Source: Ignicoccus islandicus DSM 13165
GTDB taxonomy: Archaea > Thermoproteota > Thermoprotei_A > Sulfolobales > Ignicoccaceae
NCBI RefSeq assembly: GCF_001481685.1
Contig: NZ_CP006867.1
Span: 1,260,001 to 1,292,000 of the forward strand
Direction: 5' to 3'
Length of the DNA stretch: 32,000 bases
The notes below the pieces were generated by a model that worked only from the letters and a program-made list of their open reading frames with translations, was not told the DNA's origin and searched no databases. Both the position numbers and the translations under genes were made by a program. Below are positions 9,304 to 18,229 of the stretch, piece after piece. Numbering within the stretch: position 1 is the stretch's first letter; each line of letters begins with the position of its first letter.

Positions 9304-9949
9304 GGTAGAGGGAATAAGGTACGGCAACAAAGTAATACTTCGACCCCAAGTGTTAAAAATCGAAAGTGGAATGAATTGCCTAATAGGGCCATCGGGTAGC
9401 GGCAAAACGACGCTATTAAAATCTATACTCCGAAACATAAGAACCGATGTATCCTACTTACCTCAAGAATTGGCCGTGCCTCCCTACGTGACACCGAAAA
9501 AAATGGCCCTTTATATAGCCATGAGAAACAGATGTTCCTCTAGAACGACTTACTTGGCTAGGTTCGAGGCATACGTTTCAATTCTCAATTTGAAAAGTTT
9601 ATTGGAGAAGCCTTTCGGAACCTTAAGTGCAGGTGAGAAGGAAAGGGTAATGATTGCCGTAACCTTGGCAAGGGGCTGCCATCTATATTTAGCAGATGAG
9701 CCGGAAAAGTTTCTTGATCCAAAAAACTTGGACTTGGTCATGGCACTAATAAAGAGGGAAGCCGATACATCAATTGTTGCCGTTCACAATCCTCTTGCCT
9801 TTAGCTTCTGTGACAAATTCTACGGTATATTTAATGGGGTTATAAGAGAGACTACGCCACTCGAAACCTTGGGGATAGCTTTTAAAGAAGTTAGGGGATG
9901 CAAAGTCATTTGCCCACCTAACTTTGAAACCAAGAAGAACCAATCGTAA
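9293..9949 (+). CDS. ABC-type ATP-binding protein
   Basis: Walker A GPSGSGKT, Q-loop PQE, signature LSAGEKE, Walker B HLYLADEP, H-loop VHNP; overlaps the membrane protein by 11 bp. Confidence 0.9.
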   Translation: MEIKVEGIRYGNKVILRPQVLKIESGMNCLIGPSGSGKTTLLKSILRNIRTDVSYLPQELAVPPYVTPKKMALYIAMRNRCSSRTTYLARFEAYVSILNLKSLLEKPFGTLSAGEKERVMIAVTLARGCHLYLADEPEKFLDPKNLDLVMALIKREADTSIVAVHNPLAFSFCDKFYGIFNGVIRETTPLETLGIAFKEVRGCKVICPPNFETKKNQS

Positions 9950-10055
9950 AACTATCTTCTTTGAAGAGCACGGTTCTGAGAGCGCCTTTCAGAAGATCCT
10001 TGCGACATGCTTTCTATTTAACCACACTCAATACTGGATTTACGGGAGAACTGAT

Positions 10056-10916
10056 ATGCCACAGAAGGTTAGAATAAAGCTTGAAAAACTAACTGTCCCG
10101 AAGATAGAACTAAAAGTTCCAATAGAGGAAACCATTGGATCTAAGATAAAGGCTTTAGATATAGCGAGGGCGCCCTCAGTAAGTGTCTATAATGTCCACG
10201 AACTATTGGTGAACTTAAAACCTTTAGTGAGAAGGACAGAGGAAGAAGTAATTCCCGTGTTCAAATCGAAGTTCTCGAGAAAGGTTATTGGATTCCTAAA
10301 TCAATTCGATTTAATAGTTCCTACTAGTCACAGGAGCCCTTTCACTGTGCTCGATTTCCTCAGAGAATATCCTATCTTTAACCCTGAGGACGATCTTAAC
10401 AAAATTCTAGAAGAACTCGAAGACAAGCGAGCAAGAGGTGCTCCGGTAGTAGACGAGAATGGTAACCTCGTAGGCGTTATAGATTATTTTGACATAGTAA
10501 GAACGCTCAGACGAAACGGTGCTAGTAGCGAATTGAAAGTTAAAGATATTGCCAGGGAAGGTTATACTATAAATCAAAACGAGAAGGTGAACAAGGCGTG
10601 GCATAAACTGATAAATAAGTTCATACCCGGTCTAGTTGTTCTGAACGATGAAGGTAAACCAGTTGGAATAATAACTTATAAGGAATTCGTTAAAACAAAC
10701 AGGTGGTTCTTCCACAGAGAAGATGAAGCCAGACCTTCTACTAAAGTAAAGACCATAATGCTACGGGGAGTTCCCGTATTAGAACCTGAAGATCCAATCA
10801 CTATTGCTGCAGACAAAATGGTAAGCATGAGGGTACCAGTACTTCCAGTATCCGATGGCAGAGCTGTTTTCATAGAAGATGTTGCTAAAGCACTATCGGT
10901 TAGTACTAAGAAGTGA
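10056..10916 (+). CDS. CBS-domain protein
   Basis: Repeated CBS motifs (GAPVVDENGNLVGVIDYFDIVR, PGLVVLNDEGKPVGIITYKEFV); ORF opens at 9924 but MPQKVRIK at 10056 avoids overlap with the ABC gene. Confidence 0.85.
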   Translation: MPQKVRIKLEKLTVPKIELKVPIEETIGSKIKALDIARAPSVSVYNVHELLVNLKPLVRRTEEEVIPVFKSKFSRKVIGFLNQFDLIVPTSHRSPFTVLDFLREYPIFNPEDDLNKILEELEDKRARGAPVVDENGNLVGVIDYFDIVRTLRRNGASSELKVKDIAREGYTINQNEKVNKAWHKLINKFIPGLVVLNDEGKPVGIITYKEFVKTNRWFFHREDEARPSTKVKTIMLRGVPVLEPEDPITIAADKMVSMRVPVLPVSDGRAVFIEDVAKALSVSTKK

Positions 10917-11003
10917 AGAAAGTTTCAGTCTCACTCTCACGGTACATTTTGTACTATTCCGTTTAAATTTCAAAAATGAAATTATTTTCATGGTGAAATT
11001 AGG

Positions 11004-11534
11004 ATGTATATCTGGAGGTATGAAGCAGGCTACGTCGTGGATCCCGAAACGGGTGAAGTTATAGATCTAATTTACGATTACGGACCTTATGAAGGAAATA
11101 ACGAACCTTCACTTATAATAGGAACAAGTAGTTACGAAGATAAAATAGCAGAGAAAGCATCCAGAATACAAAGAACGTTAAACGCGAGGGGTTTGAGAGA
11201 CGCTCACGGAACGTACGTAAACTATTTACTCGGACTAACTAACAAATCTGTAAAGAGCCTTAAGAGAATAGAAACAAAAGAGAGATTACCTCTTACCGAC
11301 AAAGAGTATGAAAAAGAGGTAAGAAGGTGGCTAGTGAAAATAGAAAAGAATCTAAGAACAATGGTCTTGACATCTAAGACAAAGAAGGCTATCGCTTGTA
11401 TACTAGCAGCGAGAAGTCTCGATAGAGAACTATCAGTTTCAGAAGTAGCTAGGTTCTATGAGATCGATGAGAAGTACCTAAGAAAGGTTCTTAGTAGGGT
11501 GACTAAGCGATTGCTGCCTTATATGTTGCGTTAA
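11004..11534 (+). CDS. Degenerate/truncated TFB-like protein (TFB3-like?)
   Basis: N-terminus GYVVDPETGEVIDLIYDYGP matches the TFB zinc ribbon pattern without cysteines; KKAIACILAARSLDRELSVSEVARFYEIDEKYLRKVLSRVTKRLL resembles one cyclin-fold half; SD-like ggtgaaattagg. Confidence 0.6.
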   Translation: MYIWRYEAGYVVDPETGEVIDLIYDYGPYEGNNEPSLIIGTSSYEDKIAEKASRIQRTLNARGLRDAHGTYVNYLLGLTNKSVKSLKRIETKERLPLTDKEYEKEVRRWLVKIEKNLRTMVLTSKTKKAIACILAARSLDRELSVSEVARFYEIDEKYLRKVLSRVTKRLLPYMLR

Positions 11535-14197
11535 ACTTTTGCTACTTCAACTTCAGATAAAGCGCCCTTCTTAGAGACTTCTATTACTTTGTTTGCAACG
11601 TCCACTATCTCTCGGTCGTGAGTTACAACTATTAATTGTTCTATAGACTTCCTACTCGCATCCATTATTATCTCCTTAAGCGCTTTTTTCCTTTCACTAT
11701 CAAGATATATTGTAGGTTCGTCCAAGATCATGAATTGGATTGGCGTCTCTGTGAACAGCCTTAACAGTGCTAATTTTAGGGCTAATGCCACGCTAACTTT
11801 CTCACCACCCGATAGCATACCGACATCTATTTCTCCTAATGGAGAATATGCTATTACGTTCCAGTTTTCATCAATATAAACATTCGATATAGATGTCTCG
11901 AAGCTTCTCAATATATTACTTGCTTCAATGTTCCAATTCTCTCTTAAATAATTCATTAATTTAGATGGTATTTTATCTGAAAGGTCTTTCCTAAGGGTTC
12001 TGAGGAATTGTACGAAACTTTCAACCTTAATAATTTCAAGGTCAATAACTTTCATTTCATTTCTTAAACTCTCAATTTCATCTAATCTCTTTTTATACTC
12101 TTGGAGTAGTCTGTTTGTTGCAGATACTTCTTTCTCTAATTGCGTGATCTCATCCGTTAGTTTTTCGTACAGTTCTTTTAACTTGTTGTATTCATCTTCA
12201 TTGAAACCCAATTGGTTTATTTCTTCCCGAAGACTTTCTTCTTCTCTCAACAACGGCTTGAGTCTCTCCTCTATCTCTTCAATCCTGCTTCTTATATTAG
12301 AAGCCTTCTGAACTTTGTCTTCAAGTTCAACAAGTTTACGTTTCACTTCAGCATACTTACTATAAGAGTCAATGATTTCTTGGGGGTCTGATGGTAAAAT
12401 CGATTCTATCTTCCTTATTTCCTCGAGTATTTTATTTCTCTTTACAACACGTCCTAGCAGATTCTCTTTTTGCCTTTGAATCTCCCTAATCTCTCTATCT
12501 AGGGCTTTAATCTTTTCGTTGAGTTCGTCTCTTCGTCGAACCAATTTCGATCGGACTCTCCGCGCCTCTTCGATTGTTGTAACGTTATTCTCAGCGATGC
12601 TGGAAATTATGAAGTACAACTGGAAGATGTTTTGATTAAGCTCATCTAGATTTTCTACAGAAAAGGAGTTCAATATGGCTTGAATTGAATCGTATTTACT
12701 CTTCAGTCTCTCACGTAGACTCCAAAGCTCTTCTAACCTCACCTTCAACTTCTTATATTCGCTGTAGTACGTTGAGAGTCTAGATTGAAGAACATTTAGT
12801 TCATTTGAATATTCTTTGATCTTTCTATCTCGTTCTTCTGGACTAAGTGGTCTACCGCAGACCGGACATATACTCGATCCTTTTAATTTGTCTATCTTTT
12901 CCTTCAGCTCACTAATTAGTGCTTGCATATACGCTATTTCCTCTTCTCGTTGCTTCAGTTTCCTTTCAATTTCTTCAATTTCCATAGAAGTCTTCTCCAC
13001 TTGCCCTTTTAGTTCATCAATAGATGGATACGATTCTAAAAGCATTAGAATACGTTTCCGTGCATTCTCAAGTATTTCTAGCTCCTTTATAGTCGGATCC
13101 AAGTTGCCTAGGTCTTGCGTAATGTTTTCTAGATCCTCGCGTAACTTCCTTAGGAGTTCCTCCTTCCCCGAAATTTCTCTTTCTAACTCCCGCAGCTTTT
13201 CTTCGCTTCCCTCAAGTTCCTTTAGCTCTAACTTTAGCTTAATAAGGTTCTGTGCCGATTCAAAATATCGGACAAGCGATTCGAGTCTCTCGTATTCATC
13301 CCTAAGCTGATCCCGGAGATTTTTCATTTGAAGTAAGTCTTTTCCATGAAGTAGTTCGCGTAGTTCCTTATCTAGCTCTTCTTTCCTTCTCCTTAATTCG
13401 TCTATCTTATTTAGTATGTCTCGGTGTTTAGCATTCATCAGATTGTACTTTTCCCTAAGCCTCTCAAGCTCTTCAAGAGAAGTTTTTACTTCAATCAATC
13501 GCGTCTTATTAAGATTGAGTTTATTACTAAGTTCACTAAACTTCTCGCTTAAGCTAGAATATTCTTTTCGAAGCCTCTCCAGTTCGTTTATCTTCTCCAA
13601 GATAGTCTTCTTCCTAACCTTTAACTCAGATAGATGATCGAGGTATTTATTAGTAATTACGTCGCCCAGCTTCTCCTTTACCACTTTCAGTTCACGTAAC
13701 CTCAAAAGTTTTTCAACGAACTCCCTTCTATTGGATGATGTCATATCAACCAGTTCCGTGAGCTTTCCTTGAGGCACGAAGAGGAGCTCCTTTAATACGT
13801 TCTGCGATCCTTCTTCGAGACCGAATAATTTAACTACTTCTTCCGTTACTTTCGAGTTACCTTTCGCGAGGATACGGCACCCTTCTCTATTACAGATCTT
13901 TAAATAGGCGTAACCTTGCGAAGTAGCGCTTAGACTTCTCTCTATCTGTATTTCCTCTCTTCCTTTTGAGAACTTAACTGTGACCTTAGCTTCTCTAGCG
14001 CCTCTTTGGATTAAATCAACCTTTCTTCGAACACTTCGACTGACGGGTACACCGAAAATAGCGAAAGAGATTGCATCGATAATGCTACTTTTCCCTGCTC
14101 CATTAGGTCCCACAATAGCTATTACACCACTTTCTAAATTTAGGGATGTCCTTCTATGAGATAAGAATCTTTCTATTTCGATTTCCTTAAGTATCAA
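11531..14197 (-). CDS. rad50: DNA double-strand break repair ATPase Rad50
   Basis: MILKEIEIERFLSHRRTSLNLESGVIAIVGPNGAGKSSIIDAISFAIFG, long coiled coil, zinc hook CPVCGRPL, LSGGEKVSVALALKLAL, FMILDEPTIYLD. Confidence 0.97.
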   Translation of the reverse strand: MILKEIEIERFLSHRRTSLNLESGVIAIVGPNGAGKSSIIDAISFAIFGVPVSRSVRRKVDLIQRGAREAKVTVKFSKGREEIQIERSLSATSQGYAYLKICNREGCRILAKGNSKVTEEVVKLFGLEEGSQNVLKELLFVPQGKLTELVDMTSSNRREFVEKLLRLRELKVVKEKLGDVITNKYLDHLSELKVRKKTILEKINELERLRKEYSSLSEKFSELSNKLNLNKTRLIEVKTSLEELERLREKYNLMNAKHRDILNKIDELRRRKEELDKELRELLHGKDLLQMKNLRDQLRDEYERLESLVRYFESAQNLIKLKLELKELEGSEEKLRELEREISGKEELLRKLREDLENITQDLGNLDPTIKELEILENARKRILMLLESYPSIDELKGQVEKTSMEIEEIERKLKQREEEIAYMQALISELKEKIDKLKGSSICPVCGRPLSPEERDRKIKEYSNELNVLQSRLSTYYSEYKKLKVRLEELWSLRERLKSKYDSIQAILNSFSVENLDELNQNIFQLYFIISSIAENNVTTIEEARRVRSKLVRRRDELNEKIKALDREIREIQRQKENLLGRVVKRNKILEEIRKIESILPSDPQEIIDSYSKYAEVKRKLVELEDKVQKASNIRSRIEEIEERLKPLLREEESLREEINQLGFNEDEYNKLKELYEKLTDEITQLEKEVSATNRLLQEYKKRLDEIESLRNEMKVIDLEIIKVESFVQFLRTLRKDLSDKIPSKLMNYLRENWNIEASNILRSFETSISNVYIDENWNVIAYSPLGEIDVGMLSGGEKVSVALALKLALLRLFTETPIQFMILDEPTIYLDSERKKALKEIIMDASRKSIEQLIVVTHDREIVDVANKVIEVSKKGALSEVEVAKV

Positions 14198-14245
14198 ACC
14201 CTATCTCCCCAATGGATCGCAGAGATATTGGAGGACTTAGTCACG

Positions 14246-14333
14246 TGGCGCCGGGGGCGGGATTCGAACCCGCGCGGGGAGATCCCCCAGTGGGTCTCGA
14301 GCCCACCCCCTTAGGCCGCTCGGGCACCCCGGC
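14246..14333 (-). tRNA. tRNA-Ser (anticodon CGA), 3' CCA encoded
   Basis: Acceptor GCCGGGG/CCCCGGC, anticodon stem-loop GTGGG CTCGAGA CCCAC, long variable arm GGGGATCTCCCC, T arm GCGGG TTCGAAT CCCGC, G73, then CCA. Confidence 0.96.
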
Positions 14334-14371
14334 ACCGTCAAGAGGAGTATGGTAAATTAAATATTAAAAGC

Positions 14372-14701
14372 TTAAAGTTCATTCTCATCATAGAACATAA
14401 GCACGCAAATGTACGCTTCGTAATCTATTTGGGTACAAGTAGCTACGTATCCACCATTACCCTTCGAGAGGCCAACCAGTTTTCTAGCTTCCCGTTCGCC
14501 ACATACTTCAACGTTTAATGGCTTAACGTCACGAAGGACCTTGGATATATTCTTAACATAGTATTTAACAACGGAACAAACGTTTTCGAAATCATCAGTA
14601 ATTAGATCTTCGTGAAATACTTTAACGTAAAGTGTGCCAGGTTCTGTCTCTACGTAATCATCCGTTATATAGAATATAGTCTTATCGAGTTCTATTGGCA
14701 T
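14372..14701 (-). CDS. hypothetical protein
   Basis: 109 aa ORF between tRNA-Ser and a divergent gene; acidic; no recognised family. Confidence 0.6.
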   Translation of the reverse strand: MPIELDKTIFYITDDYVETEPGTLYVKVFHEDLITDDFENVCSVVKYYVKNISKVLRDVKPLNVEVCGEREARKLVGLSKGNGGYVATCTQIDYEAYICVLMFYDENEL

Positions 14702-14822
14702 CTCACGAAACGGTGGGGGTTACAGGATATAAACGAAGCGCTTAGACCGGGAGCCTTTTGGGAGTAGGTAGTTGGGGTCGAATATTTTCGCTTTTCGGGT
14801 GGAATGAGCTCGGGTATTCAAG

Positions 14823-15986
14823 ATGGTATTCGTAGAACCAGAGGAGGGATGGAACGAAGAAACTGAAGTTATCCATGGAGGGGAATATAGGGACGAGGAA
14901 ACAGGCTCTATAGTGACACCTATATTCGTCTCAGTAATTTACAAGTATCCCGAAGGGAACCCTTACGGCTACAAATACGCCAGAAATTCAAGTCCGACTA
15001 TCGAAGTTCTCGAGAGGAAAATGGCCTACGTTGAAAAAGGGAGCGATGCCGTTGCGTTCTCAAGTGGTATGGCAGCAATAAGCACAACGTTGCTAACCCT
15101 CTTAAAACCGGGAGATAAAATAGTGACATCTAAGGACATATATGGCACTTCATACGAGTTCATTACTAGATTCCTGGGCTCGTTAAACGTTCGCGTTAAC
15201 GAAAACGGGATCGCCGATTCCGTTCTTGAACAGATCGATGAAGATACAAAGGTGGTTTTCATAGAAACGATAAGTAATCCGTTGCTCTTAGTACCACCAG
15301 TTGACGAAGTAATTAAGAGATCTAGAGAAGTTGGGGCCAAGGTTATTGTTGATAACACCTTTGCAACGCCAGTTAATTTCATGCCACTGAAATACGGTGC
15401 CGATATTGTAGTCCATAGTGCAAGTAAATACTTAGGGGGTCATAATGACGTCTTGGGAGGTGTAGCTGTAACTAAAGATAGGAAAATTGGAATGAGTATC
15501 AGGAACAGTAGAAGGTTGCTGGGGGGCGTCCCCGATCCACATCAAGTATACTTCGTAATCAGAGGACTGAAGACGTTATTCGTAAGAGTAAAACACCACA
15601 ACGAAGCGGCCTTGGAAGTAGCGAAGTTCTTGAAAGATCATCCAAAGGTTGAAAGAGTTTATTATCCTTGCCTACCGGATCACCCGAGCTATAAAAACGC
15701 TAAGAGGTTGCTAAGGGGATGTGGCGGAGTAGTTAGCTTCGAAGTAAAGGGAAATGGAATGGATGCTATAAAGGTCATGAAGGCAGTTAAGGTAATTCAA
15801 AGAACTGCGTCGCTAGGGGGAGTTGAAAGCATTATAACGCATCCAGCAACCATGACCCACCATACTCTACCAGACGAAGTGAGGAGAGAGCTAGGCATAA
15901 ATGATAATCTCCTGAGATTGAGCATAGGCTTAGAGAACGTAGATGATATCATAAACGATCTGGATCAAGCCTTGTCTAAAATATGA
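14823..15986 (+). CDS. Cystathionine gamma-synthase/lyase family PLP enzyme
   Basis: ETEVIHGG, YKYARNSSPTIEVLERKMAYVE, AFSSGMAAIS, VVHSASKYLGGHNDVLGG (PLP lysine), SLGGVESIITHPATMTH. Confidence 0.95.
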   Translation: MVFVEPEEGWNEETEVIHGGEYRDEETGSIVTPIFVSVIYKYPEGNPYGYKYARNSSPTIEVLERKMAYVEKGSDAVAFSSGMAAISTTLLTLLKPGDKIVTSKDIYGTSYEFITRFLGSLNVRVNENGIADSVLEQIDEDTKVVFIETISNPLLLVPPVDEVIKRSREVGAKVIVDNTFATPVNFMPLKYGADIVVHSASKYLGGHNDVLGGVAVTKDRKIGMSIRNSRRLLGGVPDPHQVYFVIRGLKTLFVRVKHHNEAALEVAKFLKDHPKVERVYYPCLPDHPSYKNAKRLLRGCGGVVSFEVKGNGMDAIKVMKAVKVIQRTASLGGVESIITHPATMTHHTLPDEVRRELGINDNLLRLSIGLENVDDIINDLDQALSKI

Positions 15987-15995
15987 GTATGTAAT

Positions 15996-17723
15996 CTATG
16001 AAACACAGAAAGCCTTAACCTTAGCTGATTTATATATCGGTGTACCAGAACGTACATCCCTGGGTTCGAACGGTATCAAAGAATTCACTTTCAAACCTAC
16101 GTGGTTGAAAAAAGCCACGATAACGTTCCTCGGAACCCTCTTGGTATGTAAAACATCTCCCGAAACACATACGCCAGTATAAGGAGAGCAGACTTTTATT
16201 TTCGAACAACCGCTGAATTCCTCTGGATTAACGTAAAACGCTTTCTTCATTGAGTTCCTCTCCAGTATTTCATCGGCCCCCTTGGTAGTCCACAAGGCGG
16301 GATCACGCGTTGTATAAAACCAATAACCCTCATCCCTATGAATATGGAATATTTCAACTCTAGGCGGCGTGACTTCCTTCCAAGTTCTCGGTTTTTCTAT
16401 GTATTGATCATATCCATTATATAATTTATAGACGTCAATATTTCTATAATACGGAACTATCTCAAATGCAGTATAGGTGACCTCACGCAAGTCATGAAAG
16501 TGCACGTCGAAGTATTCCAAGACCTCTCTATATATTCTAAACGCTACGTTCTCACCTATTTCGAAAGCAGTAACTCTTCCATCCCCACTTGTAACAGTTC
16601 CTTGGGAGTTTACGAGAGGGGTAGTTGGTATGATGAGATCGGCAAATATACTGCTTTCCGTAAACTTTGGGGTTAGTTGTATTACTTTCGATCGAAGAAG
16701 CTTTAACGCGACTTCCTCAGAGTTTGGTAGAGATGCAATGACGTTCTGACATTGAATTAAATAAACTGGATAATCCACCTTGAAGGCAGTTACTAGGTCA
16801 GAACCTGCCCTCGAAGGTATTTCAGACTTGATTATACCTTCTATAGTCTTAAAATATCTTCTCAAATGTGGTACCAAACCCATATCGCCAGCGCCTTGCA
16901 CGTTTACCTTTCCACGCAAGGTAGCGATTTTTCCTCCTCTCTTTAGAAAGGCTTGGAGTAATCGAATCAGAATAGAATAACCGTAGCCTGAATGAGTTAC
17001 CCCCATACCATGAACTAAGACTGGTGCGCGAGCGTCTTCCCAAAAATGGATGGTTTTCTCAATTGTGTCCGCATCTAACCATTCTTGAACCCAAAGTGGA
17101 ACTTCTCTTCTATACGTGTAGTTGTATAATAACTCGGAGAGCGCTAGGTAACCGGGACCCGGCGGGATTATTATTCCCTCATCAGCTTGCACCATAGTAA
17201 AACTCGTCCAACTATCTATAACGATGATTTTCCTCGCTTCCCTCTTTATCTTTGACCAGAAGACCGGATACGTTACTGCTACGTCACTTCCAATGATGAA
17301 AACTTCACTATCGTTAAGCTCGTCATCTAGGCTAAAGTTAGTAGTTGGAAGTCCAAATATATCCCAATAAGCATCTATTGAAGGGGCATGACAGACCCTT
17401 CCGCAATGATCTACGTCGTTCGTCCCCAAGGCCCGTGCTAGTAAGTTCAATAAGAAGGCGCTTTCGTTAGTGTCTTCAGCAGATCCAATATAGTAAGTTC
17501 TATTTTTAGAAATCCATTCCACTATTATCTCAATTGCTTCTTCGAGTTTAATTGGATTATATAAACCGTCTTCGTAAAGCAATACTTCTGGTACAGGGTT
17601 GCGTGAGAAGTAGTTAATGACACCGTAAGCTCGGGCGCAAGCTTCCTTCAAGGGCTTCTTACTAGATGCATCTAGTTTACATCCGACTCCGCAAAAAGGA
17701 CATGGTACGCTCGCTTTCTTCAT
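15996..17723 (-). CDS. Molybdopterin oxidoreductase, formate dehydrogenase alpha-like (Cys-type)
   Basis: 4Fe-4S motif CPFCGVGCKL...CARAYG, ligand region DHCGRVCHAPSI, LRGKVNVQGAGDMGLVP, C-terminal molybdopterin-dinucleotide binding domain. Confidence 0.9.
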   Translation of the reverse strand: MKKASVPCPFCGVGCKLDASSKKPLKEACARAYGVINYFSRNPVPEVLLYEDGLYNPIKLEEAIEIIVEWISKNRTYYIGSAEDTNESAFLLNLLARALGTNDVDHCGRVCHAPSIDAYWDIFGLPTTNFSLDDELNDSEVFIIGSDVAVTYPVFWSKIKREARKIIVIDSWTSFTMVQADEGIIIPPGPGYLALSELLYNYTYRREVPLWVQEWLDADTIEKTIHFWEDARAPVLVHGMGVTHSGYGYSILIRLLQAFLKRGGKIATLRGKVNVQGAGDMGLVPHLRRYFKTIEGIIKSEIPSRAGSDLVTAFKVDYPVYLIQCQNVIASLPNSEEVALKLLRSKVIQLTPKFTESSIFADLIIPTTPLVNSQGTVTSGDGRVTAFEIGENVAFRIYREVLEYFDVHFHDLREVTYTAFEIVPYYRNIDVYKLYNGYDQYIEKPRTWKEVTPPRVEIFHIHRDEGYWFYTTRDPALWTTKGADEILERNSMKKAFYVNPEEFSGCSKIKVCSPYTGVCVSGDVLHTKRVPRNVIVAFFNHVGLKVNSLIPFEPRDVRSGTPIYKSAKVKAFCVS

Positions 17724-17916
17724 GTACTCCCTCTTTTCGGTCTTCCTCTTGCTAATTATTTCAACTGCTAGAAGAGCTACGTTAGGTGATGATGGCGATT
17801 TAAGCTACTTGAAACTGATTTTAGCGAGTTAAGGTTCAAGTGAATACAATACTTGATGTCTTTTAGGATTGGTTTCCTCCGGATTCGCGACAATATATAA
17901 AATAATCGAAGATGAT

Positions 17917-18228
17917 CTAACCTCGTATTCTCTCTTTGTGAGCTATTAACTCAACCATCTCAGTGGGTAGAGGTTGGACGTTGACCTCTAATACTTCTAC
18001 TACTTTCTCTAGTTTCTTCGCTAACCACTCAATATCCTTTTTCTTACCAGAGACTCTTAGACTGACTTCCTTTGTCTTACCCACGTCTACCACTGCCATG
18101 TCGTGGAAGCGTATTGGGGCTTTCCTTACCACATGTATGGCTCTTGCAAGGCCGTCCAGACCTCCATCAATGGCAGCGTATAACGAGAACTTTATGACGT
18201 ATGCCTCGTGCTCTGACATTGTTATCAC
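17917..18228 (-). CDS. ACT-like protein, likely short acetolactate synthase regulatory subunit
   Basis: 103 aa ACT-like ORF directly downstream (1 bp gap) of the catalytic subunit. Confidence 0.55.
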   Translation of the reverse strand: MITMSEHEAYVIKFSLYAAIDGGLDGLARAIHVVRKAPIRFHDMAVVDVGKTKEVSLRVSGKKKDIEWLAKKLEKVVEVLEVNVQPLPTEMVELIAHKERIRG

Positions 18229-18229
18229 C

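Noticed and set aside
7735-9949. Provirus or integrative element bounded by the recombinase
   Set aside because: No structural or replication genes, no adjacent tRNA target, no visible att duplication; the core looks like chromosomal XerA. The small membrane ORFs are noted separately.
9924-10055. N-terminal extension of the CBS protein as given in the ORF track
   Set aside because: Overlaps the ABC gene; MPQKVRIK at 10056 is the more likely start.
12816-13637. Plus-strand ORFs 12816..13310 and 13416..13637
   Set aside because: Serine/leucine-rich shadows of the rad50 coiled coil on the opposite strand.
15026-15382. Minus-strand 118-aa ORF
   Set aside because: Antisense to the cystathionine gamma-synthase-like gene with no independent protein features.
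17786-17818. GTGATGA...CTGA pair resembling a C/D sRNA
   Set aside because: Lacks internal D'/C' boxes at correct spacing and has no terminal stem.
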